Shown: positions 22,926 to 32,390 of the stretch, one piece after another
Position numbering within the stretch: position 1 is the stretch's first letter
Layout: each line of letters begins with the position of its first letter
Source: Moniliella sp. 'wahieum'
Lineage: Eukaryota
Direction: 5' to 3'
DNA: 32,390 nucleotides
NCBI GenBank assembly: GCA_003971905.1
Contig: RSEE01000130.1
Coordinates: 124,001 to 156,390, forward strand
Notes under the pieces: model-generated
The model's input: the letters and a program-made list of their open reading frames with translations, nothing else
The model's database searches: none
What the model was told of the DNA's origin: nothing
Position numbers and translations under genes: made by a program

Positions 22926-25900
22926 CTAGACCACATCAAACACATGTTCCTGGACGGCAAGCAAGGCAGCCTGGTACCGGCTCTGTTCCCTGAACATGTG
23001 CTGGACGAGCAAAGGCGGGGGGAGACGTAACCTGCGCATCGCCGCACGGACATAGACGCGCACCCAGCGACTCTGGGGCTGCAACTGCGACGCGCGCAAC
23101 AGGGGAAACTACCGACCACATGATCAGACCAAGTACGTACTTCCCATGGTCCCGAGACCGACTGGGCATTCACTTCGCCCATATCGGCGCGGAGCACGTC
23201 GGCGGGCGGAAGGAGCTGCGCACGCGCCAACAGGGTCGTGTGGAATTGCAGGAGCAGGTTCGGGTTGCCCGGACGCGAAGGTCGTTGGCTCTCTGGCACA
23301 GCGTTGAGCGCCGCCGTCAACGCCGTCTCCACTGCTCGTTCTAGCTCGGTCTGCGGGGGAAAAAGAAGAAAAAAAGAAGAAGAAGAGGAGGTTAGCTTTA
23401 CTCTTTACTCTTTGCTCTTTGTCACTGTCTGTGCCCGCGACCCAACACCCAAACCAAACCACAGAAGAAGAAAAAACGTACCAAAAGCGTGCTGGCCTCA
23501 CTGACCCACGCGCGGGCGGGGGGGAAAGCAGCGAGCGGAGCGAGCCCGACGAGTCGGCGCGGCGACCGCAGTTCTTCCTGTAACTTGACCACCAACTCAT
23601 GTAAGTGCGCTTGCGTCGTAGACGACTGCGCCCACCGTTTCACCAGCCCAGGTGGGACAGCTCGACGGCCTCCCAACCCCGTACCCACTCCCGTACCTGC
23701 CGTCGTGGTGGACCCTGTGGTCGTGGAGCCTGTCGTGGGAGAGTTGTGGCGGCCATGGCCATACGGCCCGTGTGCGCGTACACGGCCATGTACCGCCGCG
23801 TCGGCAGGAAGAGGGTTAAACGTAGCAGGCGGAACTCCCAAACTAACGGCATAGGCCAAGGAAACTCGGTGGTGCCACTACCACTACCACTCCCACTCCC
23901 ACTCCCACTGCCCGTGGTCGTGGTACCAGGGATGGTGGTAGCGGCTGTTGCGGTAGTTGTGGGTGAGGGTACGGGTGGGGGGGCAAAGTAGGCGTTGCAA
24001 GCCAAGATCGACGCAGGACAGCTTCCACCTCGGGGGAGGGCAAGAGTTGAGCCTGGACCAACGCGTCGCATATGACTTGGATCAACGCATTTTGCAGTGC
24101 ACGAGCCGAGGCTGGTGGAAGCCTACCCCGCGCGTTCGTCCCCGTGGTCCCATTTGCGTTCCCACTTGCGTTCCCACTTGCGTTCGTTCGTCCACGGGTA
24201 CTCCCGCTCGCGGTCCCACTTGCGTTCGTGCGCGTGGTTCCACTGGTACTCGTGGTCCCGCTCGTACTCGTACTCGTACTCGCGTTGGCCAAGCTCGTCT
24301 GTAGCAAAGGTAACAGCACCTGACACGTTTTCCTCTGCACCCAGCACGACCAATTCGATCTAGCGCGTCAGCCAACCCAACCAACAGAACCCCACCCAAG
24401 CACCAAGCACCAAGCACCAAGAAACCAAGAAACCAGAAAAGGAAAAGGAAAAGGAATAGGGGAGAGACGTACCAACGCACGGCGCACCTGGACTTCCAAC
24501 GCCGCTGCCGTATCGGAGCGGCGCAGAGCGCAGCAGGCGCAGCAGGTGCCGTAGGGGTTACTAGCGCCAGAGGCGGGGGAGGTCATGCGCGTGGTCAGTG
24601 CCACCCTCGATGCGGGACGTTTGCGAGGTTCGCCCAGTTTGGGCAGATGCGATTGCGAGTGCGATTGCGAGTGCGACTGGGAATGCGACTGGGAGTGCGG
24701 CTGGGAGTGCGAAAGCTGAGGTGAGGGGGGGGGTTCAGAGCGGGGCCGTTTGCGAGGGCCGTCAGTGCCAGCATCAGCATCAGCATGAGCGGTGGTAGTC
24801 CTAGTGGTGGAAGCATTTCCCTTGCCGTTGCCGTTGCCGTTGCCGTTGCCATTGCCGTTGCCCTTGCCGTTGCCGTTCACGATGACGTTAGCGGTGGTGG
24901 GTGGTGGTGGTGGTGGTGGTGGTGGGCGGGGGGAGGGAAGCAGCGATGCGGCGGAAAATGCGCACGTCGTCCGAGAGGATCTGGACCAAGGGAGCGAGTT
25001 GACGAGCCAGTGCGCGTGCCTGGTCCGGCGAAAGACGTTGAGGTTGCCGGTTACCTTTTCCCTTCCCTTCCCCTTACCTTTGCCTTTGCCTTTGCCCTTA
25101 CCCTTGCCTTTGCCTTTGCCCTTGCCCTTGGGGTTGTTGTCGGGCCTGTTGAGGTAGGCGCGGGTGAGCCAGCCGGTCGGGTGGAGCGCTGGGTCGCGCA
25201 AGAGCGGGTAAAACTCGACGAGCTGCGCGGTCCAGTGGTTCCGTGTCGACGGGGGTCGCGTCGAACCCCCCGCAGCGCTAGAAGTGGAAGGACGTAGCGT
25301 AGCGGTAGCGGTAGAAGTCGAAGTGGAGGCAGAGGCGGAAGCGGCCGCTTCGCGCGCCATCTCCCCCGGGGGAGAAGACGACCTTGCATGCGCAACGCCA
25401 GCTGCCGTCTTGCCTCGACAACGTCCACGTCGTACGTCACCGCCGCTTCGGCGAGTAGGGGAGAGCGTGTCCTGTGTAGTGGGGGTGGTGGTGGTGGTGA
25501 TGATGATGGTGGAAGGACAGGGTCATATGTCAGCATGGCCAAACCAAAAAAGGAAGAGGGACAAAAAAAGAAGAAAAGAAAAACGTACAAAGTGCACTCG
25601 GACGAGTTGCTTCCACATGTGCGCAGCGCGCGAGAGAGGCCATGGGGACGTCAGTGGCACAGCAGCGACGCGCACAGAAGAAGGACGCCGAGGGAGCGCG
25701 TGCATGAGCTTCTCAATGTCCAACGCGATGCGCATGGTGGCGACGACAGTGGCGGGGCTGTGGTGCCAGGCGGTGAGGTAGCCGTTCGGCAGGGTCAGGT
25801 AACGATGCACCCGCAGTAGAGCCAACGGGTGGTCGGGGCGCTTCCTAAGGTAGGCCAGCAGGCCCGTCGCGTCGGGCTGCAGGTTGCCCAGCCCCAGGAG

Positions 25901-28900
25901 CGGGTACGCCGTGCACGTCTGCGGGCCACCTGCGTCGCGGTATCGTCTCCGGTGTGTTTGTCTGCGTTGGCGACGGCGACGGCGGGGCGACGGCGCACGT
26001 GCAGCAGATGGGCGACTCGAGGGCGTTGCGCATGCGCTCGAGCGTCGTGCGCGGCGGGAGGACGTCGAGGACGGCAAGCGCATCCCAGAGAGCGCGCCAG
26101 AGATAGTACCTGCGACGACGTCGGCGCATGTCCCTGGCCACTCGTTCGTGTGAGGGCGCGTCTGGCCCATCGGACTGTGCTTCTCCACCTCGGCCTCGGG
26201 CCACACCTCCAGCGTCATGTCCCGCGACAGAAGCGGCTTTAGCGACTCCGTCAGCGGTTTCATCTCCGTCTGCACCACCGCCACGTAGCGATTCCCCACC
26301 AAACATGCGTCAACCACACCAAACAAACCAAAACAAACCAAAACAAACCAAAACAAACCAAACCAGTCAGTCAATCAATCCGTCACTCCATGCCAATACC
26401 AATCTCTAGCGGAAGGTACGTACCTTGATGATCTCCTCGACGCGCGTCCAGCGCATCGGACACCAACGCAGTCACCCTCACCGGAAAGACGACGCAGCTC
26501 GCGACCAGCGCCGCGACAGCCACCCTCACCGGCAAGCCGACCCAGCTCGCGACCAGCGCCGCGACAGTCACCCTCACCGGGAAGCCGACGCAGCTCACGA
26601 CCACGACCAGGACCAAGACCATGCGACCAGAAGCAGTAGCAGTAGCAGTGGTAGTAGCGTCCAGCACGTGTCGTCCCCCCCGCCTCGCCCACCCCCGAGT
26701 CCTGCCTTGTCATCCTCATCCTCATCGTCGTCGTCGGCGGCGGCGGCGGTGCTGGTCGGCTTGCCGGTGAGTGGTGGTTGTCGCGGCGCTGGTCGCGAGG
26801 TGGGTCGCGCGGAGGACTGGGTGCAGGGCGCGTGCGAGGTTCAGTCCGAGGGTGCTGCAAACGAGCAATTTCGTTGCGCTGTCGTTGCAGTCCTGGACGC
26901 ACGTAGGGCGTAGCGCCTGTGCGTGTCGTACCACCTCCCGACGAAGAAGAAGAAGAAGAAGAGAAGAAGAAGATGAGGATGAGGAAGATGAGGAAGAGGA
27001 AGGTGTGCGGCGGTGTACGTCGTTGGCGTGCGAGTGGAATGGTTGGAGCTAGAACGCGACCGCGACCGCGACCGCGAACGTGATCTGGAACTGGAACTGG
27101 ACGTGTCCGAGTCGGGGATGTAATGGGGCGGATGGGCGGTTTGGTGCGCACGATGATTTGGCAGCTCGAGTCCGAATCCGAATCCGAATCCGAATTCGAG
27201 TTCGAGTCGGAATCGGAAGCTGAGTGCGGGTCCGAGTGGGGTCCAAGGGCGGGTCCGCATCCGGGGCCATATGCAAGTTGGCGTCCGAGTCCGAATCCGA
27301 GGTTGAAGCCGACTTGGGTCCGTCGTGGTCCTGGGTCGAGGGCGAGCGGGACGGCGAGTACGAAGAAGAAGAGGACGACGACGACGAAGAGGGAGCGGGG
27401 ACGACGACGAGGACGAAGAAGAGAAGAAGAAGAAGAAGAGGAAGAGGAAGACGGGACCGTCGGGTCGCGCTTAGTGGTCGACCGCGCGCGCACGGACGCC
27501 GAAGCAGACGACGACGCATGAGACTGCACTGAGGCTGCCGACGACGCATGAGACTGCACCGACGCGGCTCGGGACCCACGGTCAAGCGGGGACGCGAGGC
27601 GAGGGCCGCGGCGGGGTCGGGTTTGAGTGTGCGCTGGAGCGTGCGCGCAGGGCTGCTGCTTCTGCTTCTGGTTATGGTGGTGGGGTGCGGAGAAGTGGAA
27701 GTGGAAGTGGAAGAAGAGATTGGGACTGAGATTGGGGCTGGGAGTGAGGATGGGATTGAGGGTGGGATTGAGGATGGGACTGGGAGTGAGCATGGGACGG
27801 AGGATGAGGGTAGCAGGCTTGCTTGACGAGTCCCAGTGGCAGGGACAGTGGCATCTATCGCGCTGACCACGGGCGTGTCCATCCTAGCCCCAGGCAGGTC
27901 CTCCCTCATGTCCATGTCCACATCCATGTCCACGTCCATGTCCACGTCCATGTCCACATTGGCGTCCCTGGTGTTACCGATGAACCTGTCCGACCCAGCT
28001 CCGGCCTCAGCCTCGTCCACACCCGCGTCTGCAAGCGGGGGCAAAGGGTAGGCCGTGACGAGGAGGCGAACTTCGCGCACCGCCGCACGGGCAATGAACG
28101 TGGTGGACGGGTGAGCTTGCCAGGCGGCCAAAGCGGCGGGGAGCGCCTCGTCGCTGGTGGCTGGTGCAGACGACGACGCACAAGCGGAGGTCGGAACCGC
28201 GCAAGTCGTAGCACAGGGTACGCAGCTTGTAGTTCCCTTGACCAGTGGCGCTCCGACGAGTTTGTACTCGAGCCCGGGGGGAACCCGTCCCGTGTGGTGG
28301 TGGGGTGGTGGTGGTGGCCAAGGCCGAAGCGGCGGGAGGAACCCAGCGCGGATCAAGTGGAGCAGAGGTGGTGCATAGCAACCCAAGCGACCGCTTCCAG
28401 TGCGCTGCCTGGCCCACCCCATGCACCTCGTCCACCAACGTCTTGCCCGCGACAGCGCAGCAAATACCAGTGCCTCCTCGACCAGCCGGTCCAGCTCTGC
28501 TTCCTGGCTCGATACGGGCGGGGATACCGATACAGATGCGGATGCTGATGCGGATGGCAAGGCCAGTGCCAATGCCGAAGATGATTCCAATGTCGGAGCT
28601 GATTCCAATGCCAATGCCGGTACTGATGTTGATGTTGATGTTGATGCTGGACCGGCGAGCGGCTCGACAGACGCGGAGCGTGGCAGCGGCGCTTGCGCCC
28701 CAGTGCTTGGCATCCGCGGGGGAAGGGGAGCGGGTGCCGGAGCGGGAGGAGGAGGGAGGGAGAGAAGGACGCGGAAGTGGTGAACCAGGCGCAGGAGGGA
28801 CCGAACGTGCTCCAACTCGTCCACCTCTTCCATTTCCTCATCGTATCCCTGCTCCTGTGACGCTGCTTTCCCACCCGCTGTCCCCTGGCGCTTCGGCGAT

Positions 28901-29362
28901 GCAGCCACAGAAGCAGCAGGATGAGGTACAGCAGAGAGACGGAGCTGGGTGGCGAGTTCGTCAGGCTCGTCGTCGTACGCGCGCCAGGCGGGGAGGCGTG
29001 GTGCCAGCGCGGAGCGGACGGCGTCGAGGAAGAAGGAGAGTGTGGGTGCGAGGGTGGGGGAGGCGATGTCCGTGCCGCTGTGCGTGAGCGGCGGGTGCAA
29101 CGCAGCGCGGACGAGCGGATGGGCGGGGACGTGGGCAGGAAGCGCAAAAGCGGGTAGCTGACGAGTGCGTCGGACCAGGGCGGGGCGAGGCCGGGCGGGG
29201 CGGGAGCAGCGCAGCGTCAATCAGCGCGGCGAGCGTGAGTGGCCGCAGCGGCGTCGGGGGCAGCGGTGGTGGGGGGAAGGAGCTGAGCGCGGGGTCGGAG
29301 CTCAGCGCGGCGTGACGGCATGGCGCATGGCCCGCAGCGCACGCGACGCCCGGCGCGCCCAT
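22926..29362 (-). CDS. Large multi-exon hypothetical protein; helical-looking segments separated by low-complexity linkers
   Basis: Long GC-rich minus-strand ORFs (723 aa at 27049-29220, 330 aa at 24368-25360 and others) are separated by intron-like AT/pyrimidine-rich gaps with GTACGT donors at 26423, 25588, 24472, 23481 and 23140. The last exon reads LQPQSRWVRVYVRAAMRRLRL...QEHVFDVV*. No family recognised. The start is uncertain and this could be two genes. Confidence 0.65.
24822..24877 (+). repeat. (GCCGTT)n coding microsatellite (NG repeats)
   Basis: Directly visible; translates as NGNGKGNGNG on the minus strand. Confidence 0.85.
25062..25129 (+). repeat. (GCCTTT/GCCCTT)n coding microsatellite (KG repeats)
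   Basis: Directly visible; translates as KGKGKG on the minus strand. Confidence 0.85.
26469..26603 (+). repeat. 48-bp tandem repeat, ~2.8 copies, with an inverted copy at 26755-26806
   Basis: Unit CAGTCACCCTCACCGGAAAGACGACGCAGCTCGCGACCAGCGCCGCGA starts at 26469, 26517 and 26565. Confidence 0.9.
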
Positions 29363-29575
29363 CGCGACAAGCAGCCTGGCGGAGGTTACAAGAAGAAAAA
29401 AAAAAAGCGCACAGACAGACGTGGTGGCGCAGCGGTGGCATTGAATGTTTCAACAACTCAATTGCACATTGCACATTCACTTTCTTCCCTTTTAACCCTC
29501 CGTACCTGATGCTTCCCCTTTTGGCCCCCACCCACAAAAAAGCACACCCCACGCAAACGCCTCCCCAAAAAGCAA

Positions 29576-29656
29576 TTCCCGACCGGGAGTCGAACCCGGG
29601 TCTTGACGGTTCACGTACATGAGAGCGTCACATCATAGCCGTTGGACCATCGAGGA
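29576..29656 (-). tRNA. tRNA-Glu(CTC) with a 10-nt intron (29610-29619)
   Basis: Minus strand TCCTCGATGGTCCAACGGCTATGATG-TGACG-CTCTCA-[TGTACGTGAA]-C-CGTCA-AGACCCGGGTTCGACTCCCGG-TCGGGAA shows A box, B box (GGTTCGACTCC), anticodon stem TGACG/CGTCA, an intron at canonical 37/38 and a TTTTT terminator just downstream. The acceptor stem appears one G short. Confidence 0.92.
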
Positions 29657-32180
29657 GACAATAACGCATGAGTATGCAGCCCCATGGGGCCATCCGCAGT
29701 TGGGCGTGCCCGACACCGAAGCGGCCGTGGCCCATACACGTAGCCTCGACGTCCTTCCTCCACCACCCCAACACTGAATCTGTGGTGCCTCCATCCCTCA
29801 GACGCTTCCTTGCCCTGGCCTGCGACGCCCACTGATGGACGGGGACTGATGGGGCTTGGGGACTCGGTGCCCACCACGGACCATGGGGTGGGGAGGTGCG
29901 GGGTGCTCGGCTCGGCTCGGCTCGGCGATCCCTGAGTGATCACGCGCCGCCAGGTAGGCCTGCACGAGCAAGCGCGACGAGCAAGCACACGTTGACGTGG
30001 AACCCCAGCCCACAAGAACCGCCCAGCAGCTCGCTCCGATCCAGCTCTGTGCGTGTCCCCCCCAAACAAGCCCACCGGCACTGGCTCACGCCTCGACGCA
30101 CGCGTGCGCCGGGTATGTTCGTGCTACGATCCCCTGGGTTAGGGGTTAGCCAACCATTCGCTTCCATGCCCACGGCACTTCTGCTTCTGCTTCCGTTTTT
30201 GCTTCCCCTTGTGCTCCTGATTCAACTCGCGCTACGCATGACAAATCTCTTCCATCGCCACTGCCATCCTGGACCTAAGGAAGGATGAGGTCCAAGCCGC
30301 GTGGCGAAAAGGCGATGTGAAAGTGGTGGAGAAACGAGGGATCCCCTCACCCACAGCCGGCTGGACTGGACGGGAGACGTACGCGTCGGCTGGGGGCTAG
30401 TATAGCCGACCCCTGGTTGCCTTTTGGTTGTCGGCAGCGTCCAGCGTGAGATCTGAGACTCGATCTGAGACAGGGCTCTGTCGCCTGGTGCGCGTGACTA
30501 CTATATATTCAATCCCCGCCAGGGGCCTCACCCATGTTTGGGGTGGGGTACAATCCCTTAGGAGACGGCAGGTCGACTGACGGCAGTGTCGGGCTGTTTT
30601 TCATGGGCTGGTTGGTGGATCTGAGCAGAGGTAGGGACGAGGAGAGGCCTTTGGTGGGGCGCCTGCACATGTGGCAAGGCTGCGTCTGCACCGGCCTGGG
30701 TCGTAGGAACGTGTCGGAAGCCTCTGGCACTTACATATAGGGACGGGGAGACAGTGCAAGACAATACCGCCTGAGCTGAGACCGGACAGAGACTGGGAAT
30801 CGACGCAGCTGAAGGTAGGCTCGCGCGACTGGAACGGATGGAGATCTGGACGCCAAGGTCGGAGGAGGAGGCAGGTGTACTGGATCAATTGGCTAGGAAA
30901 CCGGCACAAGTCGGACAGGATAGGCGGAGAGAACGAGGGTGAAGACGAGCATGGAAGGTGGGAGAAAGAATCCCCATCTACCAGGTGTGCAGGCTAGATC
31001 AAAAGGGAAAACGGATACAAGAGGGGGTGCAGAAATGAAGACCCATCCAAAGATGACCGAGAGAGAAATGGAAGCGAGAACTGAGGCAAAGTCATCGCAA
31101 CTAAGATACCAGAAGCGTTAGGTGGTGGCCTTTTATGTAGGCCATCCTACTTGGGACTTGGGCGGGGTGGGGCGAGTAGTTTCGCGCGGATGCAAGGCCC
31201 CTCGAGCCACCGTACTAGAGGAGGGTAGTGCTAGGTTCACCTGCACTCTCTCGAATGGATCGGTGACGCTCGTTGGTTCGGGTGATTCGCCCCTTGCGCG
31301 AGCTGCGCCACGCCTTTTAACCCCTTTGTTTGTCTATCCCGACTTGGTTGCTTTTGGCGCTTGTCTTCTTCCCTTGAGCTTGCTTGAAGGACTTGTCTTA
31401 GATAGGACGGCCCTGCCTTCTTGCACGCCTTGAAGCTCCTCTCTCGTGCTGCCCATAGCGTTCCCTCGCCGCACTCTAGCACACTGTACCTATTACGTTC
31501 GCTCAGCAGCATCGCACTTGGTTAGACTGCGGAGCACTTTAACGCTCGAATAATCGATCGCCTACTTATGCACTCCTCGCGTGTTGGTTGTTGCTTCCGC
31601 TCGATCGCTTGGCCCTCATTAATCATTAATCATTCGTATTGAGTGTGTTGAGTGTGTCCCAACACTCTGTCGCCAAACCACCAAAAAAGGGGCTATCCCG
31701 CCTGCGCTGTAGGTTTGTCGCCCCTAGGACGACAGAGTCGTGACATTATGTACTCCCAACAGCTACTATTACGGCAACAACAGTGTGAGATGCTTCCAGG
31801 CGTGTGGTGAACATATCAGTAACGATATGCTCGGCCGCCCCCGTTCCAGAGTCTTTGTTGATAGTACGAGTAGTGCACAGTACATGCATCACGTTCGGGC
31901 GTGGTATATGAGGCCCGCATGATGCCTCCATGAGGCCTGAGGCCGGTTCGGACGAAGAGGTTGTGGCATAAACTAATCGTGCCGGCGGGAAGGGCACTAG
32001 TACACACGTTACAAGGGCATGCCCACCCCACCCATTCAGGGTTGAGACAACTTTTGACTGGAAGACCACGGGAGTGAGTTAGTTTGAGTAGCCCAAGGCT
32101 GTAGCTATCCACCCCTACCACTCTCACTGTGATGCGACGCCTGGTCTTGGTGTGTCGGGGGGTGTGTCAGGCATGGTGGT

Positions 32181-32242
32181 GGGTGAGGGGGGTGAGGGTT
32201 AGGGTGGGGTGGGTGAGGGGGTGAGGGTTAGGGTGGGGTGGG
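32181..32242 (+). repeat. Telomere-variant repeats (TGAGGG/TTAGGG/TGGGG), two ~30-bp units
   Basis: GGGTGAGGGG(G)GTGAGGGTTAGGGTGGGGT occurs twice, with the G-rich strand pointing to the window end. Confidence 0.7.
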
Positions 32243-32381
32243 TGTAACTTTTGAACGGGGCGTCGGATGGGAAACGGAGGGCATATGCTGCATAGAGCGG
32301 ACGATTTATAGCGAGCTATCGCCTCGGCATAACTCTCTCTCCCCCCTTCGGGTAGCTCGCTATCTACCCTCGGCCCTCCCC

Positions 32382-32390
32382 TAGGGTTAG
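32382..32390 (+). repeat. Possible start of the terminal (TTAGGG)n telomere array
   Basis: The window ends ...CTAGGGTTAG. Only ~1.5 units are visible. Confidence 0.45.

Noticed and set aside
24123..24353. ORF with ERKW/EYEY repeats as a separate repeat peptide gene
   Set aside because: It is an alternative frame of the large gene's S/T/G/N-rich linker; the other frame continues into ordered sequence (ARALQNALIQVICDAL).
23120..29622. Plus-strand ORFs antisense to the large gene
   Set aside because: Shadow ORFs caused by high GC and triplet/hexamer repeats; splice signals support only the minus strand.
30136..30150. GGGTTAGGGGTTAG as a telomerase RNA template (minus strand CTAACCCCTAACCC)
   Set aside because: It has a four-C run rather than a clean 1.5-repeat template, and I see no supporting pseudoknot or CR4/5-like structure. 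More likely an interstitial telomere-like seed or chance.
29700..32150. Possible telomere-linked helicase or non-LTR retroelement in the terminal 2.5 kb
   Set aside because: No helicase, RT or endonuclease motifs in any of the translated frames provided.

Overview
Eukaryotic, almost certainly fungal DNA (spliceosomal GT-AG introns with CTAAC/CTGAC branch points, an intron-containing tRNA, TTAGGG-type repeats at the right end). It probably represents the last ~32 kb of a chromosome arm. From left to right it holds: (1) a 6-exon Aa_trans-family amino-acid permease gene (+, ~2539-5043); (2) a young, internally deleted Ty1/copia LTR retrotransposon (-, 6580-9430; 159/160-bp LTRs, TTCAA target-site duplication) that keeps gag, protease, the HHCC finger and RNase H but lacks the integrase core and RT, and sits inside an older, oppositely oriented LTR of its own family, making a ~290-bp near-palindrome; (3) a more AT-rich, unexplained block (~9.5-13.5 kb); (4) an 8-exon STL1-like MFS sugar/glycerol porter (-, ~15579-18705) with a probable 8-nt micro-exon; (5) a large, low-complexity, multi-exon gene of unknown function (-, ~22926-29362) containing a 48-bp triplication and an inverted copy of that unit; (6) tRNA-Glu(CTC) with a 10-nt intron directly upstream of that gene; (7) telomere-variant repeats at the end. 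Of 18 inferred splice donors, 15 read GTACGT. Single-base deletions affect nearly every feature, which suggests uncorrected long-read consensus errors, so CDS boundaries are approximate and most entries in the ORF track are spurious or fragments.
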